Positions 56,217 through 64,000 of a DNA stretch of 64,000 nucleotides are shown here, piece by piece. This DNA is from Terriglobia bacterium (GTDB lineage: Bacteria > Acidobacteriota > Vicinamibacteria > Vicinamibacterales > CAVVIG01), in contig JAIQFX010000051.1 in NCBI GenBank assembly GCA_020073005.1, positions 732 through 64,731 on the forward strand, in the 5' to 3' direction. Each line of letters opens with the position of its first letter. The first letter of the stretch is position 1. The position numbers were made by a program, and so were the translations under genes. The notes beneath the pieces are model-generated. The model was given only the letters and a program-made list of their open reading frames with translations, was not told where the DNA came from and did not search any database.

Positions 56217-57857
56217 ATGCGTCTGTTCCACACCATCCGCCGCACGTCAGTCGCCGTGATCGCCGCGGCGATCACCCTGGCTGCACCGTCCGTTTTCGCG
56301 CAGAGCGAACAGTCGCGATTCGCGAGCAGCCTCGAAGCCGCCGCGGCGCAGGCTGCCGCGCAATCGGGCGGCGACATCGTCCGCCGGATCTCGGTTGACG
56401 ATGCGGTCAAGCTCGCGCTCGAACAGAACCTCGGCATCCGCATCCAGCGCCTCGATCCGCAGATTCAGGACATGGGCGTGGCGCAAGCCCAATCCGCGTG
56501 GGCGCCGAACTTCACCTCGGCCCTCCAGCGAAACTCGCAGGTCCAGCAGTCGACGAACGCGCTCGCCGGCGGCGCGACGAGCGTGGACAACGGCACGCTG
56601 GGCACGCAGATTGGCCTGAACCAGACGCTGCCGTGGGGCGGCAGCTACTCGGGCACCTTCAACAACTCCCGCGTGACGACCTCGAACTTCTTCGCCGCCT
56701 ACAGTCCGCAGCTGAACTCGACGGTGAACGTGCAGTACACGCAGCCGCTCCTGCGCAACTACTCCATCGATCAGATTCGCCAGCAGGTCGCCAGCAGCAA
56801 GAAGACCCGCGACCTCTCGGACATCCAGCTGCAGTCGGTGATCACCGGGACGCTGCGGGGCGTGAAGAACGCGTACTGGGATCTCGTCTACACGATCGAC
56901 AACCTCAAGGCGCAGCAGCAGTCGCTCGCGCTCTCACAGCAGTTCCTGAAGGACAACCAGAAGCGCGTCGAGATCGGCACGCTGGCGCCGATCGACATCG
57001 TCCAGGCGCAGGCCGAAGTCGCCGCCAACGAGCAGGGCGTCATCGTCGCGGACGCCGCGATCAAGCAGGCGCAGGATGCGCTGCGCGCGCTGGTACTCGA
57101 TCCGGGAGCGCCGGACTTCTGGAACATCGACTTCGAGCCGACCGACGCGGCGTCGTTCGCCGAGCGCGCGATCGACATCGACGCGGCGGTCCGCAACGCG
57201 CTGGACAAGCGGTCCGACCTGCACACGGCGAAGAACAGCCTCGAGCAGAGCGACATCAACCTGAAGTTCTTCGGCAACCAGATCAAACCGGACGTCAACG
57301 CGCAGGTGAACTACATCGCAGCGGCGTCTGGCGGGCAGCCGCTGGCGAGCCAGGTGAACATTCTGGGACAGACCGCGAAGGTGCCCGAGCGCGGGTACGG
57401 CACCGTGTTGGGCGACGTGCTCAAAGCGTCGTACCCGACCTGGACCGTCGGCGTGCAGATAGGCTATCCCCTCGGCCTGAACATCGCCAAGGCGAACCTC
57501 GCGAGAGCACGGCTGCAGTACGAGCAGTCGCAGTCGCAGCTCAAGAACCTCGAGATGCAGGTGGCCACACAGGTGCGGACCGCGGCGCGCAACGTCCAGA
57601 CCAACCAGAAGCGCGTCCAGTCGGCGAAGGCGTCGCGCGAGCTGCAGGAGAAGAAGCTCGAGGCCGAGGAGAAGAAGCTCGCGGCCGGCATGTCGCAGAG
57701 CTTCTTCGTCTTCCAGGCGCAGCGCGACCTCGCGCTCGCCCGCACGGCGGAGATTCAGGCGATTGCCGACTACAACAAGTCGCTCGTCGATTTCGAAGCC
57801 GTGCAGGAAGTCCCGCTCAACGGCGGCGGCGGGGGAATTACAATCGCCGGGCGCTGA
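56217..57857 (+). CDS. TolC-family outer-membrane efflux protein
   Basis: 546 aa from the ATG at 56217, with GGAG upstream. Signal ...LAAPSVFAQ. Two repeated halves have a long-helix pattern (ALEQNLGIR..., ...RVEIGTLAPIDIVQAQAEVA..., ...SQSFFVFQAQRDLALA...). Confidence 0.8.
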   Translation: MRLFHTIRRTSVAVIAAAITLAAPSVFAQSEQSRFASSLEAAAAQAAAQSGGDIVRRISVDDAVKLALEQNLGIRIQRLDPQIQDMGVAQAQSAWAPNFTSALQRNSQVQQSTNALAGGATSVDNGTLGTQIGLNQTLPWGGSYSGTFNNSRVTTSNFFAAYSPQLNSTVNVQYTQPLLRNYSIDQIRQQVASSKKTRDLSDIQLQSVITGTLRGVKNAYWDLVYTIDNLKAQQQSLALSQQFLKDNQKRVEIGTLAPIDIVQAQAEVAANEQGVIVADAAIKQAQDALRALVLDPGAPDFWNIDFEPTDAASFAERAIDIDAAVRNALDKRSDLHTAKNSLEQSDINLKFFGNQIKPDVNAQVNYIAAASGGQPLASQVNILGQTAKVPERGYGTVLGDVLKASYPTWTVGVQIGYPLGLNIAKANLARARLQYEQSQSQLKNLEMQVATQVRTAARNVQTNQKRVQSAKASRELQEKKLEAEEKKLAAGMSQSFFVFQAQRDLALARTAEIQAIADYNKSLVDFEAVQEVPLNGGGGGITIAGR

Positions 57858-57963
57858 AACTGAAAAGTGAAAACAGAAAACTGAAAACTGAAAAGTAGAG
57901 ACCTTTTCTTTTTCGCGGTAGTCTTCACTTTTCGGTTTTCATTTTTCGGTTTCAAGTTTCAAA
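57855..57963. repeat. Long inverted CTGAAAA heptamer arrays between the TolC-like gene and GT2
   Basis: ctgaaac tgaaaag tgaaaac agaaaac tgaaaac tgaaaag ... gtcttcacttttcggttttcatttttcggtttcaagtttca. The stretch 57920-57933 is identical to 46088-46101. Confidence 0.85.
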
Positions 57964-57977
57964 GTACTATTCCCCTC

Positions 57978-58775
57978 GTGCCCCGGCTTTCCGTCACGGT
58001 CATCACCAAGAACGAAGCGGCGGACATCGACGCGGCCCTGACGTCCGTCGCGTGGGCCGACGAGATCGTCGTCGTCGATTCGCACAGCACCGACGACACC
58101 GTGGCCATCGCACGGCGGCACACCGACCGCGTCGTCGTCCGCGACTGGGCCGGCTACATCGATCAGAAGAACCACGCCGCGTCGCTCGCGAGCCATGACT
58201 GGATTCTGTCGCTCGACGCCGACGAGCGCGTCACGCCGGAGCTCGCGGCCGAGATCACGCAACTGATCTCCAGTGAGCCGCTCGCGGCCGGATACCGGAT
58301 CCCGCGCGTGACGTGGCATCTCGGCCGATGGATCCGGACGACCGACTGGTATCCCGACCATCAATTGCGCCTCTACGATCGGCGCCGCGCGCGATGGACC
58401 GGCGCGTACGTGCACGAGGCGGTGACCGTCGACGGCGCGATTGGTCACCTGCGCGGCCAGCTGCAGCATTACGCGTTCCACGACATCGCGGATCATCTCG
58501 AGACCATCGATCGCTATTCGACCTTCGCCGCGCGGCAGATGCGCGAGGCCGGAAGACGCGGCGGCCTGCTGCAGATGATCGGCCATCCGCCGCTCGCGTT
58601 CCTGCGCAACTATCTCGCGCACGGCGGCATCCGCGACGGCGCGCCCGGCTTCATCATCTCGGCGCTGAACGCGTACTACGTGTTCCTCAAGTTCGCAAAA
58701 CTGTGGGAGTTGCAGTCAACGCTCGTGAATCACGAAGACACGAAGAGCACGAAGGACACGAAGCAACCAACATGA
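57978..58775 (+). CDS. Family 2 glycosyltransferase
   Basis: 265 aa with a GTG start. Motifs LSVTVITKNEAADIDAALTSV..ADEIVVVDSHSTDDT and ILSLDADE (DxD-like). The C-terminal tail ...HEDTKSTKDTKQPT is encoded by a repeat arm. Confidence 0.8.
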   Translation: MPRLSVTVITKNEAADIDAALTSVAWADEIVVVDSHSTDDTVAIARRHTDRVVVRDWAGYIDQKNHAASLASHDWILSLDADERVTPELAAEITQLISSEPLAAGYRIPRVTWHLGRWIRTTDWYPDHQLRLYDRRRARWTGAYVHEAVTVDGAIGHLRGQLQHYAFHDIADHLETIDRYSTFAARQMREAGRRGGLLQMIGHPPLAFLRNYLAHGGIRDGAPGFIISALNAYYVFLKFAKLWELQSTLVNHEDTKSTKDTKQPT

Positions 58776-58811
58776 GCTCTTCGTGTTCTCCGTGGCCTTC
58801 GTGCCTTCGTG
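58731..58811. repeat. Inverted CACGAAG-type repeat spanning the GT2 stop and the GT2-GT4 gap
   Basis: cacgaagacacgaagagcacgaaggacacgaag ... cttcgtgttctccgtggccttcgtgccttcgtg. Confidence 0.8.
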
Positions 58812-58827
58812 ATACATAGTCTCGTCA

Positions 58828-59976
58828 ATGTTTTCCTTGCATGTCGACACGGCCCGCACGTGGCGCGGCGGACAGAATCAGGTGCTCCTGACCGTCAACG
58901 GCCTGCGCGCGATCGGGCAGCGCGCGGCGCTCGTGGCGCACCCCGACGGCGAGCTCAGGAAGCGCGTCGAGGAAGGCCTCGAGCTGATTCCGATCGCGCC
59001 GAAGACCGAGATGGATCTGACGGCCGGCTGGCGCTTCGCCCGGCTCCTCAAGAAACTCGCGCCCGACGTCATTCACGCGCACGATCCGCATGGCGTGGCG
59101 ATGGCGTCGCTCGCGTTGTCGCTCGGAGCATCGTCGTCCACAAAGAGCGGGTCCACGGCGCGCGTGCCCGCGCTGGTCGCCTCGCGCCGCGTGGACTTTC
59201 ATCTCAAGGGCAATTCGTTCTCGCGCTGGAAGTACCGGCAGGTGGACTGCTTCATCGCCGCGTCCGAGGCGATCCGGCAGATGCTCGTCGCCGACGGCGT
59301 GCCGGCCGACCGCACCGTCACCGTCCACGAGGGCATCGACGTCGACCACGTGCTCGCCGCGCCGCCGGTCAACGTGCACGAAGCGTTCTGGCTGCCGCAC
59401 CATGCGCCCGTCGTCGGCAACGTCGCCGCGCTCGTGCCGCACAAGGGCCAGCGGTACTTGATCGACGCGGCGCATCTCGTCGTCCAACAGATCCCCGACG
59501 CGCGATTCATCATCCTCGGTGAAGGCGAACTGCGCGAGCACCTCGAGCATCAGGTGAAAGAGCATCACCTCGAGAAGCACGTCCTGCTGCCGGGCTTCCG
59601 CACCGACGTGCTCGGCTGCATCAAAGGCTTCGATCTGTTTGTGATGAGCTCGGTGACGGAAGGCCTGGGGACGTCGCTGCTGGACGCGATGGCGTGCGCG
59701 CGCCCGATCGTCGCCACGCGCGCCGGCGGCATTCCGGAAATCGTCGAGGACGAGGTGAACGGCGTGCTCGTCCCGCCGCGCGACGCGCACGCGCTCGCCG
59801 ACGCCATCATCCGCCTGTTGAAGGACGAGGGGACGCGGCAGCGGATGGGCGACGCCGGCCTCGCGCGCGTGCGCGAGCGATTCACCGTCGATCGGATGGT
59901 CGCCGAGACCGCCGGAGTCTACGAAAGAGTCGTCACGCTCCCTCGCCAAGTCTCGAGTGTGAAGGCTCACGTCTGA
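58828..59976 (+). CDS. Family 4 (GT-B) glycosyltransferase
   Basis: 382 aa. Motif ...FIILGEGELREHLE...HVLLPGFRTDV...FVMSSVTEGLGTSLLDAMACARPIVATRAGGIPEIVEDEVNGVLV (E-x7-E region). Confidence 0.85.
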   Translation: MFSLHVDTARTWRGGQNQVLLTVNGLRAIGQRAALVAHPDGELRKRVEEGLELIPIAPKTEMDLTAGWRFARLLKKLAPDVIHAHDPHGVAMASLALSLGASSSTKSGSTARVPALVASRRVDFHLKGNSFSRWKYRQVDCFIAASEAIRQMLVADGVPADRTVTVHEGIDVDHVLAAPPVNVHEAFWLPHHAPVVGNVAALVPHKGQRYLIDAAHLVVQQIPDARFIILGEGELREHLEHQVKEHHLEKHVLLPGFRTDVLGCIKGFDLFVMSSVTEGLGTSLLDAMACARPIVATRAGGIPEIVEDEVNGVLVPPRDAHALADAIIRLLKDEGTRQRMGDAGLARVRERFTVDRMVAETAGVYERVVTLPRQVSSVKAHV

Positions 59977-60851
59977 AGAGCGGCGGCGTCCGCTTTCAGC
60001 CTTCGCACTTCAGCCTTCAGACTCGAGACGTTTCTATGCCTCATCCCCAAGTGGCAGAGCGAGAAGTCGTACTTCACGGGATCGTCCGGGTCGAGGCGGC
60101 GCAGTGACGCCGTGATGTCGCGCGCCATCTTCCAGCCCGGGCTCGTGTACGTCGTCAGCCGCAGGCAGCGCCCGACGCGAATGACGTGCGTGTCGAGCGG
60201 CACGATCAGCTTCGACGGCGACACGCGCCGCCAGACGCCGAGATCGAGCGCGTCGCGCCGCACCATCCAGCGCAGAAACAGATTCAGCCGCTTGCATCCG
60301 CTGCCCTTCGACGGCTGCGCAAAAAAGTACGGCACGCCGGGCGCGCGGTTCGAGAAGCGCGGCACGCGTCCGTAGGCGGACCGGAGATCGAGCGCGAGCG
60401 CGCGCGTCGAGAAACTCTCGATCGCGTTCTCGATGTCCTCCGCGGACGGATCGTAGCCTTCGAGAAAGAAGCCTTCGACCGATCCCGAGCGGTCGAGCAT
60501 CTGCTTCAGCTGCCAGACGAGCGCGACGAGATCGGGCCCGCGCGTCCAGCGATGCACGATGGACGCGAACGGCTTCGCGTCGCGCCGTGGATCGAATCGA
60601 CGGACGTACGCGGCCGGCTCCGGTCCCATGACGGCGACCACGCGCTCGATCGACTGCAGCACGCTCATCACGCGGCCGAACGCCAGCGCGCCGGCCACGA
60701 ACCCGACGATCTCGCGGTCGTCGTTTCGTTCGAATCGCCGGACGATCTGAATCGGATCGATCGCCGAATCGGGGTAGTTGAACGACCGGTACAGGCCGTC
60801 CAGCGCCGGTTTCAACTCTTCAATCCGCAATCCGCACTCCTCAATCCGCAA
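59967..60851 (-). CDS. TIGR02757/DUF2400-like protein (function unknown)
   Basis: 294-aa ORF. The family call is from memory of the conserved pattern (...DPIQIVRRF...DREIVGFVAGALAFGRV..., ...RLNLFLRWMVRRD..DLGVW...). The first ~11 codons (MRIEECGLRIEE) come from a heptamer repeat, so the true start is uncertain. Confidence 0.5.
   Translation of the reverse strand: MRIEECGLRIEELKPALDGLYRSFNYPDSAIDPIQIVRRFERNDDREIVGFVAGALAFGRVMSVLQSIERVVAVMGPEPAAYVRRFDPRRDAKPFASIVHRWTRGPDLVALVWQLKQMLDRSGSVEGFFLEGYDPSAEDIENAIESFSTRALALDLRSAYGRVPRFSNRAPGVPYFFAQPSKGSGCKRLNLFLRWMVRRDALDLGVWRRVSPSKLIVPLDTHVIRVGRCLRLTTYTSPGWKMARDITASLRRLDPDDPVKYDFSLCHLGMRHRNVSSLKAEVRRLKADAAALQT
60816..60850. repeat. Single array of GCGGAKT-family heptamers (complement strand shown) at the 5' end of the minus-strand gene
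   Basis: ctcttca atccgca atccgca ctcctca atccgca. The stretch 60821-60849 matches 52531-52559 with 1 mismatch. Confidence 0.85.
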
Positions 60852-61533
60852 TGAGTATTATTCACCCATGCGGAAGCTCGCGCTGAAAGGACTCGCCGCC
60901 CTCATCGCGCTCGTCGCAATCGTCGCTCTCGGCGCGTACCTCTACCTGCGGCGCTCGCTCCCGCAATTCGACGGGACGACGACGGTCGCCGGCATCAGCG
61001 CGCGCGTCGACATCATCCGCGACGCGGACGCGATCCCGCACATCTTCGCCGCCAACAGGCTCGACGGCCTCTTCGGCCTCGGCTACGTCCACGCGCAGGA
61101 TCGCCTGTGGCAGATGGAGATCCAGCGGCGCATCGGCTTCGGCCGCCTGTCGGAGGTGCTCGGCGCCACCGCGCTGCCGCAGGATCGCTTTCTCCGCACC
61201 ATCGGATTCGGCCGCGCCGCGCGGGCCGCGTGGGCGTCGACGCCGGACTGGGCGAAGCAGCGGGTGAGCGCGTACGTCGCCGGCGTGAACGCGTTCATCG
61301 CCACGCATCATGGCGCCGGGCTGCCACCTGAGTTCTCACTGCTCCGCTTCGAGCCCGAGCCGTGGAAGGGCGAGGACGTCGTCGTCTGGGTGAAGATGAT
61401 GGCGTGGGATCTGAGCGGCAACTATTCGTTCGAGTTGCTGCGGCACGATCTCATACAGGCGGTGGGCGAAGCTCGAATGGCCCAGCTGCTGCCGCCGTAC
61501 CCAGCCAACGGGCTGAGTATTCTCGGAAAGAGC

Positions 61534-61610
61534 GGAACCACGGAGGACACGGAGGCAAGGAGCAATGAAATGTACTCTCCCTCCGTGTCCTCAGTGTCCC
61601 CGGTGGTTTC
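61534..61610. repeat. Inverted GGACACGGA-type hairpin element inside the acylase CDS
   Basis: ggaaccacggaggacacggagg ... cctccgtgtcctcagtgtccccggtggtttc. Translated GTTEDTEARSNEMYSPSVSSVSPVV, about 32 residues upstream of the Ser of SNNW. Confidence 0.85.
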
Positions 61611-62563
61611 TCTTTCGTGGACCCACGCGTTCGCGTCAGCGCTGTCCTTCGGCGACGCGACGACGCGCGACTTCCTGCGCGGTGGCGCCACCGAAGGCCT
61701 GGGCTCCAACAACTGGGTCGTCGACGGCACGCTGACCGCGAGCGGCAAGCCGCTCCTCGCCAACGATCCGCATCTCGGCACGCGGCTGCCATCGACGTGG
61801 TATCTCGCGCATATCTCCGCCGGCGACTTCGATCTCATCGGCGGCACCTTCCCTGGCACGCCCGCCGTCGCGCTCGGGCGGAACAAATACATCGCGTGGG
61901 GCGCGACCAACGTCGCCGCGGACGTCGAGGATTTCTATCGCGAGCGTCTCGACGCGACCGGGACGTTCTACGAGTTCCGCGGCGCGCAGGAGCCCATCAC
62001 GGTGATCCCCGAGACGATCGTCGTGAAGGGCGCCGCGCCGGTGCACGTCGACGTGCGCGTGACGCGCCACGGCCCGCTCTGGTCCGACGCCGTCAACGCG
62101 AACAACGCCGAGTCGAAGACGACTCCGAAGCCGGCGCCGCTCGAGCCGCTCGCGTTCCGCTGGACGGCGCTGGATCCGGACGATGGCACGCTCGCGTCGT
62201 TCCTGAAGGTGAACGAGGCGCGCAACTGGACGGAATTCACCGACGCGCTGAAGGGCTACGTCGTCCCGTCGCAGAATTTCGTCTACGCCGACGTCGACGG
62301 CCACATCGGCTACTACGCGCCGGGACACATTCCAGTCCGCGCGTCAGGCGACGGCTCGCGTCCCGCGGACGGCTGGTCCGGCGACGCGGAGTGGACCGGC
62401 TGGGTGCCGTTCGACGATCTGCCGCACACGTTCGATCCGCCGGACCACGTCATCGTCACGGCGAACAATCGTCCGGTCGCGCCGCCGTACAACCCGATGC
62501 TCGGCCTCGAGTGGGCCGAGCCGTACCGCGCGCAGCGCATCACCGACCTTCTCGATCAATTGC

Positions 62564-62604
62564 GTGACGTTCAAACGTCACGTGGCGTCCGGCTTCAGCC
62601 GGAC
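62564..62604. repeat. Hairpin gtgacgtt-ca-aacgtcac followed by GTGGCGTCCGGCTTCAGCCGGAC, inside the acylase CDS
   Basis: The 27-mer cacgtggcgtccggcttcagccggacc is identical to the hemC copy but is read here as SRGVRLQPD. Confidence 0.85.
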
Positions 62605-63164
62605 CAGACCCACAAACTCACGCCAGACGACTTCGCGCGGATGCAGGCCGACACGCTCTCGCTTCACGCGAAGACGCTGCTGCCCCTTCTGCTCTCGCAC
62701 GCGAACGCCGTCGGCGCGCGCGACAACCAGGCGATCGATCTGCTCCGCCGCTGGACCTTCAACGCCGTGGGCGACAGTCCGGCGCCGGCGATCTTCCAGG
62801 CGTGGTTCCTGCATCTCACCCCGACGCTCGCGGGCGACGATCTCGGTCCGCTCGTGACCGAGGCGTATCAGGGCAAGTTTTCGTTCGTGACGCGGTTCAT
62901 CATCAACACGCTGACGTCGAACCCATCTAACGACGTCACGTGGTGCGACGACGTGACGACGGCGAGACACGAGACGTGCGATGAAGCGGTGGCGGGTGCG
63001 CTGCACAAAGGCGTCGAGGATCTCACGCGTCTCATGGGCAGCGACATGTCGCGCTGGCGGTGGGACGCCGTGCACCGCGCCGTGTTTCCGCACACGCTCG
63101 ACTCGGTCGCCGTGCTGCGGCCGCTGCTCAGCCGATCGATCGGCATCGCCGGCGACTGGAGCAC

Positions 63165-63214
63165 CGTCGACGTCGGCGTGACCGCGGCCCGTCGACGTCG
63201 GCGTGACCGCGGCC
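63165..63214 (+). repeat. Perfect 25-bp direct tandem duplication
   Basis: cgtcgacgtcggcgtgaccgcggcc occurs at 63165-63189 and again at 63190-63214. Confidence 0.95.
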
Positions 63215-63450
63215 GATCATCCGTTCGAAGCGCACACCGTGCCCGGCTATCGCGAAGTCATCGACCTCTCGCCCGCGAACGACAGCCGCGTCCAGGATGC
63301 GGTGGGGCAATCCGGTCACGTCCTGTCACCGCACTACGATGACGCGCTGCAGGCGTGGCACGACGTGCGGCACCGGAAGATGCGGATGACGCGCGCGGAC
63401 GTCGAGCGCGGCGCGCTCGGCACGCTGACGCTGACTCCCCGATAGGGCCC

Positions 63451-64000
63451 ATGCATCGTCGCGACTTTCTCACAGACGTCGTCGCAACCGCGCGTCTCGT
63501 CTTCGTCGGCTGCGGCCTTGCCGGCGCAGATGTAGCGCGAGGCGTTCAGCCGAGCGGTGCGGCTCGCCGTCGGGTGACGGTGAAGGGCAAGCGAATCAAG
63601 ACCGTTGACGTCCACGCGCATTGCGCGATCCCGAAGGCGTCGGCGCTGCTGCGGCGGCCGGGCGCGGGCCCCGCGGCGGATGGACCGCTGACGCTCGACG
63701 GCCAGATGCTCGCCGATCGTCTGGCGGTCATGGACACGCAGGGTATCGACGTTTCGGTCCTCAGCATCAATCCCAACTGGTACGACGCGGATCGCGATCT
63801 CGCCACACAGGTCATCAGCATTCAGAACGAAGGCCTCGCGGAGTTCTGCGCGTCGCACGCCGATCGCTTCGCGGCGTTCGCGTCGGTCGCGCTGCAGTTT
63901 CCGGATCTCGCCGCCGAGCAGCTCGAGCGCGGCATGAAGACGATGGGGTTTCGCGGCGCGGCGATTGGCGGCAGCGTCGGGAAGCTCGAGCTCGCCGATC
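63451..64000 (+). CDS. Tat-signal amidohydrolase-2 (ACMSD/PF04909-like) family protein, N-terminal fragment running off the window
   Basis: Own translation from the ATG at 63451: MHRRDFLTDVVATARLVFVGCGLAGA... (RRxFL twin-arginine motif), then ...IKTVDVHAHCAIP...IDVSVLSINPNWY...FAAFASVALQFPDLAAEQLERGMKTMGFRGAAIGG. There is no stop before the window end, so it is not in the ORF track. Confidence 0.65.
   Translation, partial: MHRRDFLTDVVATARLVFVGCGLAGADVARGVQPSGAARRRVTVKGKRIKTVDVHAHCAIPKASALLRRPGAGPAADGPLTLDGQMLADRLAVMDTQGIDVSVLSINPNWYDADRDLATQVISIQNEGLAEFCASHADRFAAFASVALQFPDLAAEQLERGMKTMGFRGAAIGGSVGKLELAD

Larger units (their letters stand above)
60868..63445 (+). pseudogene. Penicillin/cephalosporin/AHL-acylase family Ntn-hydrolase, frameshifted by a 25-bp tandem duplication
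   Basis: The ATG at 60868 starts MRKLALKGLAALIALVAIVALGAY (anchor). Motifs ...DADAIPHIFA...GYVHAQDRLWQM... and the nucleophile region GLGSNNWVVDG. The frame is lost at 63190. The true C-terminus ...TAADHPFEAHTVPGYREVIDLS...GQSGHVLSPHYDD... continues in ORF 63203-63445. Confidence 0.85.

Noticed and set aside
63203-63445. 80-aa ORF as a stand-alone small gene
   Set aside because: It is the displaced C-terminus of the acylase. Removing one copy of the 25-bp duplication fuses it in-frame.

Overview
The window is a GC-rich bacterial chromosomal segment (third codon positions are overwhelmingly G/C). The gene content suggests Acidobacteriota: many TIGR03436-type 'VWFA-related acidobacterial domain' proteins and CarboxypepD_reg-type giant outer-membrane barrels. 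This lineage call is inference only. I found no rRNA, tRNA, CRISPR, transposase, integrase or phage genes.

Gene blocks:
- 1-21360: an envelope-protein island built from repeated paralogs. It has four sulfatase-like/TPR fusion genes (one disrupted), three VWA-type genes, one small PD40-like gene and two convergent ~985-aa TonB-dependent-receptor-like barrels.
- 21692-33453 (minus strand): one co-directional run, nuoA-C-D-H-J-K-L-M-N followed by atpZ-like, atpI-like, atpB, atpE and atpF. It contains no nuoB, nuoE/F/G, nuoI or F1 genes.
- 33645-46065 (plus strand): two VWA genes translationally coupled to a hemX/ccsA-like gene, then hemA, hemC, cobA-hemD and hemB, three unrelated exported-protein genes, and hemL.
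- 46129-56101 (minus strand): housekeeping genes rseP, dxr, cdsA, uppS, ggt, truA, pyrE and an S9 peptidase.
- 56217-64000: a TolC-like gene, GT2, GT4, a TIGR02757-like gene, a penicillin-acylase-family gene and a partial Tat-exported amidohydrolase.

The most unusual signal is at the nucleotide level. There are several families of short palindromic or tandem-heptamer repeats. They fill most intergenic gaps and also sit in-frame inside conserved genes (hemC, truA, the acylase, a sulfatase paralog, the S9 peptidase). The same 23-27-mer is translated in different frames in different genes.

Three genes carry small frame-breaking lesions: sulfatase paralog 3, nuoN and the acylase (an exact 25-bp tandem duplication). 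These may be real pseudogenes or assembly errors.

Many adjacent genes overlap by ATGA, TGATG or GTGA, which indicates translational coupling. Start codons are my best choices from signal peptides, SD-like motifs and overlaps, and several are uncertain.
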